DNA from: Sedimentisphaerales bacterium
GTDB lineage: Bacteria > Planctomycetota > Phycisphaerae > Sedimentisphaerales > SM23-30
DNA: 64,000 bases
Assembly: GCA_963663805.2 (NCBI GenBank)
Contig: CAXXMR010000015.1
Location: 32,001-96,000, forward strand
Reading direction: 5' to 3'
A program made the position numbers and the translations under genes. Each line of letters starts with the position of its first letter. Position 1 is the first letter of the stretch. Below, in pieces: positions 10,421 through 21,189 of the stretch. Below the pieces are notes generated by a model, which did no database searches, was not told where the DNA came from, and worked only from the letters and a program-made list of their open reading frames with translations.

Positions 10421-11904
10421 GCTACCTCCCCGGCCAACTGGTTATAAACATCGAGATTGCGTTTGCCATCGCCTTGGTTTACCAGGACTTGATTGCCGGC
10501 AAGGTTCAATTGTGAGCCGTTACGTAAAAAGCTTTCCACCGCTTCATCGCTGAACGCCCGGCACTTGACACAAACACCAACGGCATGTTCAACTTCTTTT
10601 TGCGGATGCCTGATAAAGAGCAGCAGGATGTTGATGTATTTACCGGTCCCTTCACTGCCGTATCGATATTCAAGCTCTGTTCGCATCAAGGTGAAATCTT
10701 CGCCCCAGGGCTGGCCCTTGAATGGCCGAGCATTATCCAGCGAACCGGGCTTACGCTCTAAAAGTTTGATATAATGCAGCGGATCCAGGATATACTGGTC
10801 TTTATCGTAACATCTGGAATGCGAGGCAACCAGCTCATTTTTATAGAACAGGTCAACCCGGTCAACGAATACCTTGACCTGGCAAGATTGATAGGCATAC
10901 TCCGTCGGCACCGAATACCGGTTAGTATCAACCCGTACTGTAAGCTGTTTGTCCGCAAAGGTGGATATTCGACGACAGGCTTCAAACTTCTGCTCAGGCA
11001 GTTCGTATAAATGTGTTTTCTCTTCCGCAAATAAATCGCCAATGGTTTTATTCGTATGAGGTGCAGGGCCCTGGCGATCCAGTTCTTTGATACACTGAGC
11101 AATCAGCATCTCATTCAGCTGAGCCATATCGGTAACTCTCGGAACCGGAGAGAAGAACTGCCTTTCACTTCGCTTGGCGAGATTCTCGACATCGCCTTTT
11201 TCATTACCTTTAGCGACATTGCAAAAACGAGTGTCAAACAAATACCAACTCTTAAGCTCTACGAATTTGCGGTTGAGCCGACGCTTGCCTTTTTTGAGAA
11301 CCTTTAGAACCGCAGTTTTTAAATTGTCGTAAGCAATGCGTTTGGGCACGCCGCCGAAATATTCAAACGCCCGGACATGGCCGTCAAGAAAACATTCGAT
11401 CTTCATGCTCTCGTAAGCACAAACAAAAGGAGCCTTAGAACAGCACAGCTTCATGCAAAAAACGTAGACCTTCTTCTCCCTGCCGTTTTCTTTAATGTTA
11501 GCTTCATGCCAGTCAACCTGGGCTTCTTCGCCAAACTCAAACGCTAACGGCAGGTAAGCTTCTTTTTGGCGATTACTCGCCTCCTTGATATACCGCTGGA
11601 CAGTGCTGTAATGGCCGGTGAAACCATACTCGTCACAAAGCCGCTGATACATTTTGGTCGCCTGCATCCGCTGCTTACGCCGAACCTTTTTGTCAGATTC
11701 CAGCCAGGTGTCAATAATGTGCGCGAAGGGATCCATGACAGCCTTGACCCGCGGCTGACTGAGCCGATAGCCCGGCGGAATCGGATTTTTCAGGGCCTTG
11801 GCCACCGTGTTACGCGAATGCCCCAGCTCCAGGGCAACCTCACGTTGCGATATCCCATCACGAACTTTACGTCTGATAATCTCATAATGCTCCACTGTAA
11901 GCAC
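10417..11904 (-). CDS. istA: IS21 transposase
   Basis: N-terminal HTH, GEEAQVDW, YDNLKTAV, NEKGDVEN. Confidence 0.95.
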   Translation of the reverse strand: MLTVEHYEIIRRKVRDGISQREVALELGHSRNTVAKALKNPIPPGYRLSQPRVKAVMDPFAHIIDTWLESDKKVRRKQRMQATKMYQRLCDEYGFTGHYSTVQRYIKEASNRQKEAYLPLAFEFGEEAQVDWHEANIKENGREKKVYVFCMKLCCSKAPFVCAYESMKIECFLDGHVRAFEYFGGVPKRIAYDNLKTAVLKVLKKGKRRLNRKFVELKSWYLFDTRFCNVAKGNEKGDVENLAKRSERQFFSPVPRVTDMAQLNEMLIAQCIKELDRQGPAPHTNKTIGDLFAEEKTHLYELPEQKFEACRRISTFADKQLTVRVDTNRYSVPTEYAYQSCQVKVFVDRVDLFYKNELVASHSRCYDKDQYILDPLHYIKLLERKPGSLDNARPFKGQPWGEDFTLMRTELEYRYGSEGTGKYINILLLFIRHPQKEVEHAVGVCVKCRAFSDEAVESFLRNGSQLNLAGNQVLVNQGDGKRNLDVYNQLAGEVA

Positions 11905-12204
11905 CTTTCTAAGCCTCCTGTGTCTAAAATGTTACGTATCTTAAACACATCTTATCGGCCTTTTACAGTGGCTCCTTTTTCGATGCTTTTTCAGAAGAGA
12001 AAACCCGCAAATCTGGCTCCATTTTCAATGCTAATCACCAATTATCTTCATTTTAGTGGTAATCCTCAAAAAGTGCCGTCTTAATACATCCACACTAAAA
12101 TAAACATGAACCTTCACAACATAAAATGATTGCTGAGGTTTTTGGCATGTGTTTAGTTTCTGAATAAACTAATGATTATAATAACACTATAATATTTTGC
12201 AGCT

Positions 12205-12933
12205 TTAATATCCATACTTAAACCAGTTATCATAATAATAGTCAGATTTCCGCGTGGATGACGGAAGCGACAGAGACGGTCGAGTATATTCCCCCTTGGA
12301 ACATTTCGACACACATTTTATTCCATCATAAACAGATTTAACAATAAATGCTTTCCTTGTTGCATCACTTGCCAACGCTGCGGTAGCCTTTACTAAGGCG
12401 GCATCCGCTGCTTTCTTGGCAGCCGCTTCGACGAGAAAGTCCCCTAAGCTTCCTATTACAATACACTCCGCTGTGCATAATATACAGCCAGCGGTTGCTT
12501 TTGCCTGTGCCTTTATTTCTTTTTCAAAATCATCTTCGATATCATCCCACATAGCATAAGGAATACCGAAAACGTCATCACAAAAACCATCCCCCCAATT
12601 ATAATCATTCCAATTGTAACTCCAAAATCCAGGGGCGTCTAGATAGTTGATCGGATTTTGTACACTATATGCATACAAATTCATTCCGTCAGCATAGTTT
12701 ACAACTGAAGGCGGCATTGCCGAATAAACAAAATCTGTAGCCAGTGACTTGTTTTTAGCGGCCTTGCGATATGCTTTCTTCATAATATCGGGAAAAATAC
12801 TTTTGGCTACGAGTAAAGCTGCTAATTTGGCACTTTTCTTATTAAGACCTTCAACCTTTCCTGGATTACCTACCCAGTCTCTCGTCAAAAATCTCCCGAT
12901 CTCAGTATCGTAGTATCTGTTCTTGTAGTACAT
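12205..12933 (-). pseudogene. RHS repeat-associated core end plus C-terminal (toxin-like) domain, 5'-truncated by IS630
   Basis: YYKNRYYDTEIGRFLTRD...GMNLYAYSVQNPINYLDAPG followed by about 140 aa of variable C-terminus. Begins exactly at the IS630 boundary. Confidence 0.85.
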
Positions 12934-14057
12934 TATTACTCCGGCAATTAAACATATGAATCAACTCGCTTTTGCGTATTGCACTTTTTCGTGATTGAAA
13001 AACTTTTTTACCTTCTTAGGCTTTCGTTGCAGGCTCCGCATATAAGAACTCAGATTATCCTGCAATTGTTCTTGTGACCTTGGCGCGGGCTTCTTCTTGA
13101 GTTGTTGTTTGATGTCCTGGTTGACATATTCATCGGGGTTATGTTCCGGGCTGTAAGGCGGCAGAAAGAACAGCTCGATTTTCTTTTTATGTTTAGTTGC
13201 CCACCGTTGAACCTTCTTGGCATGGTGAACTCTAAGATTATCGACAATCAAAAATACTTTTCGTTTAGCATCCTTAATGAGTCGTCGCAAAAATGTCAAA
13301 AATATATCCACCTTCAAGCCGCCTTCATAAATCATAAAACGCAATTGCCCTTTATTTGTCAGCGATGAAATCATACTTACCGAAAAACGCTGGGCTGGGC
13401 CGTAAACCGTCGGGGTTTGGCCTTTAGGAGCATAGCCCCGACCACGAGCGTCAGCACTGTTAAGCCCGGTTTCATCAGCCCATTGAATCTCAGCATCTTC
13501 CTTTTTAGCACGCTTTTCGATCTCTGGATAGGTCTCGCCCAGCCATTGCTGGACCTTTTCGGGCTGTTGCTCATAAGCTTTGCGAATCGGTTTTTGAGGT
13601 GTAAAACCCCAACGCTTAAGATATTCGCCAGCAGTGCGGATCGGCAACTTAATCGAAAATTTCTGTTCGATTAAATCCATTACCACCTGACGATTCCACA
13701 AAGCAAATTTCAGTTTTAACTGTTCGGGATATTTGTCCCGAATCAAAACCTGAATCTCCTTTTCCTGCTCTAAAGTCAAAGTTCTGTTTTCGCCTTTTCT
13801 GCGACCTCGTTGGCCGGGCTTTAAGCCAGCCATTCCCTCAGACAAATATCGCTGCCACCATCGATTGACAGTTTGGTAAGCAATCTCAAGGATCGCCGCA
13901 ACTTCCCTTTGCTTTTTGCCGGCTTTGAGCAACTTTATGCAGGTTCGCCTCAGTTCATACTGAGCTTGCTGGTTAAGTTTTCGGGCATCTCGTTTTTCCA
14001 TTACAAAAGTATAGCAGAAAATTAATAATGTTTATCTATTTTATTGCCGGATTAATA
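12934..14057 (-). mobile_element. IS630-family insertion sequence, copy 1
   Basis: TA-flanked IRs TA-TTACTCCGGCAATTAAA ... TTTATTGCCGGATTAA-TA. Near-identical to 33597-34720. Confidence 0.95.
12961..14001 (-). CDS. IS630-family transposase
   Basis: HTH plus WADETG, LIVDNLRVH, LPPYSPEHNPDE. Confidence 0.95.
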   Translation of the reverse strand: MEKRDARKLNQQAQYELRRTCIKLLKAGKKQREVAAILEIAYQTVNRWWQRYLSEGMAGLKPGQRGRRKGENRTLTLEQEKEIQVLIRDKYPEQLKLKFALWNRQVVMDLIEQKFSIKLPIRTAGEYLKRWGFTPQKPIRKAYEQQPEKVQQWLGETYPEIEKRAKKEDAEIQWADETGLNSADARGRGYAPKGQTPTVYGPAQRFSVSMISSLTNKGQLRFMIYEGGLKVDIFLTFLRRLIKDAKRKVFLIVDNLRVHHAKKVQRWATKHKKKIELFFLPPYSPEHNPDEYVNQDIKQQLKKKPAPRSQEQLQDNLSSYMRSLQRKPKKVKKFFNHEKVQYAKAS

Positions 14058-15554
14058 AATGGTGAAGCAGGAAGACCATCGGCATTATAGAAGTTAGGTT
14101 CAGCATATTGACACCAGGCAAAAGAGACATGCTTGGGGTGTGGAACCTTTTCCGAAAACACTAAAATTGCACCAGAGTCAATAGTAGCTATCGCAGGATA
14201 AAACTTCTTATCAGCACCGCAAATCTCAAAGTTCGTTAATGGACCATCTTGGGCAACCAGACCATTCTCGCTATAATCAAAAAACAGACGAATTTTATTT
14301 CCTTCTATCTTTTTTGACTTATATAAGGGGCCAGAAGGTATAATATTATCATAACCATATTTATTTTTCAGAGCCCAGAGTGAAAGTCTATAGCCGACAT
14401 CAAGTTTATTTTTGGGATGATGGTCTGCGGGGTCACCAATATCCATAGTGACAGCCATGCCGGTATTAGCCACTTTCCCTAGGATCTGCATCTGGGCTTG
14501 CCGGATATGCGCAACTCCCATGCCGTAGCCATTGGAAGCCGCGAGCTGGACATACAGAAAGGGAAAATCTCCCTGCTGCCATATATCACGCCAACCTGTA
14601 ATTAGCCCGGTAAAGGCCTCTTGATAATACGGATAACTAGAAGATTTTGTATTAGCTTCTCCCTGATACCAGATAACACCTGCTATTGAATACCCTACGA
14701 TAGGATTTATCATGCCATTGAAGCAATAGCTGGGTTTATTCTGCAATCTTAACTCTTTGGGTATTTGGGGGGCTGGAATGTCAGGGTTCTTATCTTTGTT
14801 ATTTCCCCAGGATTGCATCTTGGAATCATATTGCCTTTTTGACTTATGAAATGTTTCTTCCAATGTCAACCAGTAGTGTTTCAAATATCTATCATACTCA
14901 GCAACGGCTGACAATGATCCAGGTGACATCCATGACTCGATAGGAGTGCCTCCCCAGCTAAGATTGATCAATCCTATAGGCCTATTAAGTTTTTGATATA
15001 ATTCTTTTCCAAAGTAATAACCTGCCGCTGAAAACATCGCGGCGGTTTCGGGCGTGCAGCTTTGCCACAAGCCCTTACTCGTATGCAACGGTTCGGCAGA
15101 ATAAATCCTATCCCCCTGATATAATCTTATATGTGGAAAATTAGCTTTCTGAGCCTCTGAACTACCATCCTGTGACCTGTTCAGGACAAAAGCCATATTC
15201 GACTGTCCGGAGCACAGCCAAACCTGCCCGATTAAAACATTATTATATTGAATAACGCTTTCGGCTGATTTAATCTCAATTGTATATGGTTCAAAAGAGG
15301 CTTGGGGAGTACTTAAGAAAAGTTTCCATTTACCGTTATCGTCAGCATCAACAATATTATTTACATCATCTTGCCACTGGGCTCTAACAGTCACTTTGGC
15401 TTTCGGATTTGCTTTACCCCAAATAGGCACTTCCATAGTTTCCTGCAGAACCATATTGTCACCAAAAACGTCGGGGATAAAGAGTTCTCCGCAGCAAATA
15501 TTATTTGTTAATAAAAGTGACAAAAACACAAAAAATGAATTTTTTTTTTAACAT
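14036..15554 (-). CDS. Sialate O-acetylesterase (SASA/SGNH family); last residues replaced by IS630 sequence; likely +1 slip in an A10 run in the signal peptide
   Basis: GQVWLCSGQSNM, WGGTPIESW, GVIWYQGEAN, DHHPKNK, GLPASPF. The ATG at 15554 gives MLKKNSFFVFLSLLL.. only if one A of the 15540-15549 run is removed. The ORF track starts at GTG 15529. Confidence 0.85.
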
Positions 15555-15571
15555 TCTTGCAAATCCCAATA

Positions 15572-16357
15572 TCATTTTGCTTTATGCTGTTTGCGATAAA
15601 CTGAGGGGTTAACACCAAACCTTTTCCTGAAATGCTCCGAAAATCGAGATGCATCCTTATACCCCACCATTACTGCAATTTTGCTGATAGAAACATGTTC
15701 GTCCCTTAATACCGACGCCGCTTTTTTCAATCTCAATTCTTTGAGATGATTGGTAAAATCTATATTATGCTTTGCCTTAAAAAGTCTCGACAGATGACCA
15801 ACACTGACATTAGCAATATGCTTAGCCAAAAACTCCAAAGTGACCTGTTCATGGAGGTGAAAGGCAAGATATGAACTCGCCTTGGCCACGGGGTCATTGG
15901 GCAGAGAATATTCCTGTCCTTCACTTTCCAATCTATACCAAGCCGAATCCAGATGAGACTGTGCGAGCATCCCGGACCTCTCGGCATCTCCATCACAGAT
16001 AGCATCAATTATATCGCCATGAGCTTCAAGCAAAACGCTCAAATCAGGCCAGCAATACATAAGAGTTTCAAGATTGAAATCTGTCATATAATCGCCGATA
16101 AGCTGCCATACCGCCCTAAGTCCATAAACGCCGGAAAGCTCAACTATCTCCAGATGAACTTCTTTGTCAACTTTCACAAATTCTTCCATATTGTTTTTTT
16201 TGACGGTCTTTTCAAGTTTTTCGTATGCCACAAATAAAGCTTCGGTGCTTGCTCCCTGGGCGACGTTCAAAGCGGCATGTTTAGCGGCAAAACTATCTAC
16301 CAGGCCTCGGAGCTCTGTGACTAATTTCAGCTTTTCTAATTCAATGTGCATTCTCAA
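15572..16357 (-). CDS. Transcriptional regulator: FCD (FadR C-terminal)-like ligand domain plus AraC HTH
   Basis: ELRGLVDSFAAKHAA..FVKVDKEVHLEIVELSG..EAHGDIIDAICDGDAERSG..HL (FCD), then LEFLAKH..SVGHLSRLFK..ISKIAVMVGYKDASRFSEHFRKRFGVNPSVYRK (AraC). Confidence 0.85.
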   Translation of the reverse strand: MRMHIELEKLKLVTELRGLVDSFAAKHAALNVAQGASTEALFVAYEKLEKTVKKNNMEEFVKVDKEVHLEIVELSGVYGLRAVWQLIGDYMTDFNLETLMYCWPDLSVLLEAHGDIIDAICDGDAERSGMLAQSHLDSAWYRLESEGQEYSLPNDPVAKASSYLAFHLHEQVTLEFLAKHIANVSVGHLSRLFKAKHNIDFTNHLKELRLKKAASVLRDEHVSISKIAVMVGYKDASRFSEHFRKRFGVNPSVYRKQHKAK

Positions 16358-17883
16358 CTTGTCCAGATAGTTAAGTTTTCCAGCTTTTTTTTGCAGGTTC
16401 GTTTAAAGATAACGCTGAATAGGTAGGCAAAGGCAAATATAAATGTGTTTGAAAGTACGTTTATCATAAAATTATCTGGTATTTTTGCGGCAACTCCGGG
16501 GAAATTCTCAACTCCATAATCACTTTTGAAAAACAGCCAGGTAACTACCGAGATAATGGTTATAACCGTGGCGATAAAGGCCGAGAAGTTATCAACTCTT
16601 TTGGTCAGGAAGCCCAGCAGAAATAAGCCCAGCAAACCGCCACTGAGAATTGTAATGCACATCTGCTGAATATCTACCAAGGCAGAAGTCCTGGTCCAGT
16701 GTATTATGAGTGCTGCTAGCACACTAATTGCCGTAAAAGCGAATGACGAAATCCTTCCAGCTTTGAGATAATGTGTTTCGTCCCTGTCTTTGACAAAGAT
16801 TCTTCGATAAAAATCCGTTGTCATGGTTTGGGCTGTGGCACTGACAATTGAACTGAGGGTTGACATTGCTGCGGCGGCTAGCCCGGCAATAACCAGACCG
16901 GCGACCCCGACTGGAAGTTGAGTTAGAATAAAATATGGTAACGCCTGTTCCGCTAGCATATCTTTTATCCCTGCCGAGGGTACGACTTTATAAAAAACAT
17001 AGACCGCGGTGCCCAGAAAAGTGAAATATACCCAAATCGGAATCGTAGTGAATACGGTAACTAAAATGCCTCTTCTCGCCTGTTTATCACTTTTTATAGC
17101 GGTATATCTTTGCACCGCCATTTGGTCTGTACACATAAGGTGGCTATACCAGAATATGTGATTCAGAATCATCACCCAGAACGTTCGCTGATATATATCA
17201 AATGAACTCGGGTCTCCCATAAAAAATTTGCCATCAGCTTTTCCAACTTCAATTATTTGAGAAAAACCACCAGGTAATTTCATGATAATAATAGGCAGAC
17301 AGACTAGGCCTCCGCCTATCATGATAATAGATTGAATGAAATCCGCCCAGATAACGGCTTCAAGACCGCCGGCAATCGTATAAAAGCCAACGACAAAGCC
17401 AAGAATAAGTATGAACCACGGGATAGACAAACCGGTCATCGCCTCAAAAGGCAAACTTACCGCATACAAAACTATACCCGCTTTGGAAATCTGGAACAGA
17501 ATAAAACCCGCCCCGGCGTAGTATCGGGCCCAGGGACCAAATCGTCTTTCGAGATATTCATAAGCGGAGTTTACATGTCCCTTCCGGAAAAAGGGCATAA
17601 AAAGAAATATGGCCAGAAGGGAAGCAATTAAATAGGTAAAATGCGTAGGCATGTATATCCAGTTATTTCCGTAAGTATAACCGGGAGTCGCCAGGAAGGT
17701 CATGGAGCTGATAATGGTAGCCATCAACGAAAAACCCACTAACCAGCCCGGCAGACTTCTACCGGCCAGAAAGTAATTCTCGGATGACTTGTTTTTTCTT
17801 GCAAAGATCGGCCCTAATGCCAGAATACCTGCCATTGAAATGATAATTACCACTAAATCGGGCCATCTTAGAAGGTCGTCCAT
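16354..17883 (-). CDS. Sodium:solute symporter (SSS; SiaT/SGLT-like)
   Basis: YFLAGRSLPGW, SAYEYLERRFG, GGLEAVIWADFIQ, DQMAVQRY, AAAMSTLSS. About 13 hydrophobic segments. Confidence 0.92.
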   Translation of the reverse strand: MDDLLRWPDLVVIIISMAGILALGPIFARKNKSSENYFLAGRSLPGWLVGFSLMATIISSMTFLATPGYTYGNNWIYMPTHFTYLIASLLAIFLFMPFFRKGHVNSAYEYLERRFGPWARYYAGAGFILFQISKAGIVLYAVSLPFEAMTGLSIPWFILILGFVVGFYTIAGGLEAVIWADFIQSIIMIGGGLVCLPIIIMKLPGGFSQIIEVGKADGKFFMGDPSSFDIYQRTFWVMILNHIFWYSHLMCTDQMAVQRYTAIKSDKQARRGILVTVFTTIPIWVYFTFLGTAVYVFYKVVPSAGIKDMLAEQALPYFILTQLPVGVAGLVIAGLAAAAMSTLSSIVSATAQTMTTDFYRRIFVKDRDETHYLKAGRISSFAFTAISVLAALIIHWTRTSALVDIQQMCITILSGGLLGLFLLGFLTKRVDNFSAFIATVITIISVVTWLFFKSDYGVENFPGVAAKIPDNFMINVLSNTFIFAFAYLFSVIFKRTCKKKLENLTIWTS

Positions 17884-17967
17884 TTAATATGCTCCTTAAA
17901 CAGATTTCTTTTATCGCGAATTATACTGTCAAACTCAGCATTAGTAATGATAATTTTTAAAGTACCC

Positions 17968-20900
17968 TTAATCTTCTCCAACCACAACCGGAATTTCTGA
18001 TAGTACCGGATAATCGACAGGCGAAGGCATATAATAAGCCGCATTGATTCCATATTTATTTTCCAGATAATATCCCACCGCGTTGAGCTGGTCGGCATCC
18101 AATGCGGTGTCGTATACTATTATCTCCGCTACTGTACCGGTGCTGTCGAAAGATGGCATATATAGATGACCATAGCCGCCAAAATCATAGAGTCCGCCTT
18201 GAGCGGTGGTAGAAACGGTGCCCTTATTGGCCCCATTAACCCAAGCTGTTATATTTGCGGTAGAATCTTTCTGGCCCTGGAGCATATAAACTCGTATAGC
18301 GGCATCTGTGTAACTGCTGCCCATATCCAAAGTCAAGGCCGGGTCTCCGATAATAAATTGATGGCCTCTCATATAAAGACGCGGAATCCCCGAATTAGCC
18401 ATGCCGAAATAACGGTCTTTGCTTATCATAAAAATGGTAAATTCACGGTTGTCGAAAAACTTACTGACCAGATAAGAACTTTGCATGTAATCTTTTTCGG
18501 GGTCAGATTTGTCAAATGTCACCGCGGGGTTCCCGGAAAAACCCGCCGGAGCAGAGTAATACGTGGGAGACCCGGAATAACGCAGCAGGGGGCCGGCCGG
18601 ACCATAGGCATTGGGCCAGGTCTCAACCGTCTGGGCATTTGCTAACGCCAGGCTGCCAGCTTTGTACCAGGCTTTTAGTGAAACTTCTACCGGCTCATAA
18701 TTATAATACTCCTGGTAAGCCGAGAAATCAGCAAAGTCATCCAGGCTGACAATACCATCCTGATTCAAATCAGACCTCTGGCACCAATCTGTCAAGTCGC
18801 ATTGGTCATCAAGCCACGATGAGGCCAATTTCGAAAAATCCAAAATATCTATAGATCGGTTCTCATCCAAATCATATATATACAACTCCGGCGAAATTAT
18901 CAAATCCAGATAATGCAAAACCGCATTGCCGGAACTACCCTTGGTCAAAGAAATCGTATTTTCGCCGCTGTTAATATACTCAATAGGTACATCGAAGCAC
19001 AAATATTGCTCTTCCCTGCCCAGAGGGGTCTGGTAGTTGTCTCTTATGGGCTTCAAAACGGTGTTTACGGAACTTACAATGTTACCGTTTACCATAGCCG
19101 ACCATTCTGCTGAATCAACATCCTCTTCAAAAATAAATCTCAACAAACCGTCGGTATTAAACAAATGATTGGTCTTGTTGATATCAAGGTCAAATGTTTG
19201 ACTGCCGGAGTCTGTAAATGTATGCGGCACCTGGTCAGGATAATAATTATCAGCAATATAGTACCAATGCTTGTTTTTAAGTAAGAGACTCTGATAGTTT
19301 CCCAAATCGGGTAAAACATGAAATGGGGGTTCAGAATAAGGTCTTTGGCTAGCGCTGGATCCGCGATAATACGCGAAATTAAACAGACTTATACCATCGG
19401 CCCCGCGATCATAAGCGTTAAGGGCAGAGGTGTAAAGTTGATAATCCCGGGCATTGCCGTCGAGATTTTCTATATTTCTATTGGCAGGCACCCACACGGC
19501 CTGGGTCAGTTCGTGATACACTTTGGCATTATCCAGACTTTGCTTAATCAGGGCAAGGTCGGTGTCATGCTGAACAGCATACACTGTTCCCGAAAGATTA
19601 AACATATCCACACCTGCCTGCTCAAAAGCGGGAACATCAATACCAAGGTCATCGTATCTGGAAATCAGGCACGGTATCCTAACGCAAAGCCATCTGTACT
19701 GCCCCTCAGCGGCGGTGTTATCAAGTATCTCCCTGACGGCAGTCACAAAATCATACATGATCGATTTTCTCTGGCTGGAGGTTGTGGCGGATGTGTCAAA
19801 ATAGTATTCATGCCGCATGAAATCGAGTTCCAGGCCGTCGATGTCGTAATTCTCACATATCTCCTCGATAAAAGCCAGCTTCGCAGCCGGAACGTGAGGA
19901 TAAACCCAGTTAAGCCCCTTCCTCTCTCCTGCCTCGCCCAGTAGATAATCGATATTATCCCACAAGAAATCGCTCAACCATTCGGTACCCGCGGCATTAG
20001 GATTCGCCGGGTCCAGATAGTCCAGGTGGTGCGTATCATTGAGCCGGAAAGAGGCAAAGGGGACCTGACCGCTTTGTTCACACTGGTCAATAAAAGTCGC
20101 CAGCACATCACCGCCGTTTTTCATATATTGACCAAAGGTACTGGCTTCTAGGCCGGTCCGCGTTTCCCAGTCAAAATAATGCTGGTCGCCCGGATAGATG
20201 CTGCTGTTCCACCAGGGCACCCATCCGTAAAACTCAAGCATATGAACATCGACTTTGCCGGTGACTTCCTCAACACTTGCTCGCAGTTTGTCATCGGTAA
20301 AATCCTGGCCATTTAACTGAAACGGGCTCTGGCAGGAATACACATTTGTACTGTCGTTGATATACAATACCTTAAACGGCGCTTCAGGCCTTGAGGCCGG
20401 CTCGGTGTATGTCGCATCGGAGATATCATATTTCTCTTTAAGATAGAACCCTATCTCATTCAACTCTTGAGGCGACAATTCCCTGTTGAAAATCAAGATT
20501 TCAGCGATTTTACCCGCATGCATAGACCCGGCACGTAAGCCCCCGTCACCGCCATAGATGAAATCCAAATCCGGTAATGAACTAATATCAACGGTACTCT
20601 GGAGTATGCCGTTAAGCCAGCCCCGGGCTGTTTCGCCGGAATAATCAATAGAGAAAGTTCGTATCGCGGCCACCGTTTCGTCCGGCGGATAGCCGATATT
20701 GCAAGTCAGCAACTCCGTACTGCCTAACGTGAGTTTGTGCCCCTGAAAATACAGACGGGGAACTCCGGCATTATAAAAACCGGTAAATTTCTGGTCCGAG
20801 ACAAAAAAGATCGTCAAAGAACTTTCACAAAGATAGTCGGAAACCAGATTTTCACTGATAAGATAATCGTCATACCTGGGGTTGACAAAATTCAGGCAGG

Positions 20901-21156
20901 CTTCATTATTAAATGCCGGGGATGAAGCCACATAAGAAGGCGAATAACCGTCATTTAAATCGTAATCCACAAAGTCATCAGCTGGCCCACACTTTTTCTG
21001 CCACAATTGTACCGGGCTCCCATCATTAAGGCCTGCGATGTCACCAGCGTCAAACCAGGCGACAAGTCCCGCCATATCAGCAATCCCGGCCAGGGCAAAG
21101 CTGTTAATCACCAGGATGACAAACAACGTTTTTATGAAAAATTTTGAGTTGACCAT
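17968..21156 (-). CDS. Secreted multidomain enzyme: LamG-like + GH156-like TIM barrel (paralog 2) + paired dockerin-like motifs + second LamG-like domain
   Basis: KVLYINDST, SFRLNDTHH, YDIDGLELDFMRH, RGADGISLFNFAYYR. Dockerin-like DLDENRSIDILDF and DLNQDGIVSLDDF. Terminal domains resemble the 22758 and 21323 proteins. Confidence 0.8.
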   Translation of the reverse strand: MVNSKFFIKTLFVILVINSFALAGIADMAGLVAWFDAGDIAGLNDGSPVQLWQKKCGPADDFVDYDLNDGYSPSYVASSPAFNNEACLNFVNPRYDDYLISENLVSDYLCESSLTIFFVSDQKFTGFYNAGVPRLYFQGHKLTLGSTELLTCNIGYPPDETVAAIRTFSIDYSGETARGWLNGILQSTVDISSLPDLDFIYGGDGGLRAGSMHAGKIAEILIFNRELSPQELNEIGFYLKEKYDISDATYTEPASRPEAPFKVLYINDSTNVYSCQSPFQLNGQDFTDDKLRASVEEVTGKVDVHMLEFYGWVPWWNSSIYPGDQHYFDWETRTGLEASTFGQYMKNGGDVLATFIDQCEQSGQVPFASFRLNDTHHLDYLDPANPNAAGTEWLSDFLWDNIDYLLGEAGERKGLNWVYPHVPAAKLAFIEEICENYDIDGLELDFMRHEYYFDTSATTSSQRKSIMYDFVTAVREILDNTAAEGQYRWLCVRIPCLISRYDDLGIDVPAFEQAGVDMFNLSGTVYAVQHDTDLALIKQSLDNAKVYHELTQAVWVPANRNIENLDGNARDYQLYTSALNAYDRGADGISLFNFAYYRGSSASQRPYSEPPFHVLPDLGNYQSLLLKNKHWYYIADNYYPDQVPHTFTDSGSQTFDLDINKTNHLFNTDGLLRFIFEEDVDSAEWSAMVNGNIVSSVNTVLKPIRDNYQTPLGREEQYLCFDVPIEYINSGENTISLTKGSSGNAVLHYLDLIISPELYIYDLDENRSIDILDFSKLASSWLDDQCDLTDWCQRSDLNQDGIVSLDDFADFSAYQEYYNYEPVEVSLKAWYKAGSLALANAQTVETWPNAYGPAGPLLRYSGSPTYYSAPAGFSGNPAVTFDKSDPEKDYMQSSYLVSKFFDNREFTIFMISKDRYFGMANSGIPRLYMRGHQFIIGDPALTLDMGSSYTDAAIRVYMLQGQKDSTANITAWVNGANKGTVSTTAQGGLYDFGGYGHLYMPSFDSTGTVAEIIVYDTALDADQLNAVGYYLENKYGINAAYYMPSPVDYPVLSEIPVVVGED

Positions 21157-21189
21157 ATGTTTCTACTGCACTTTGTGATTAAACTGTCT

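Larger units (their letters stand above)
9529..12040 (-). mobile_element. IS21-family insertion sequence, copy 1 (complete)
   Basis: Terminal IRs TGGTGATTAG(T/C)ATTGAAAATGGAGCCAGATTTGC at both ends, internal repeats of GAAAA(T/A)GGAGCCA, istA and istB present. No target duplication visible. Confidence 0.95.

Noticed and set aside
11566..12084. Repeated 160-172-aa ORF (also at 40533 and 41262)
   Set aside because: Antisense to istA. It recurs only because the IS is repeated, and its stop depends on the flank.
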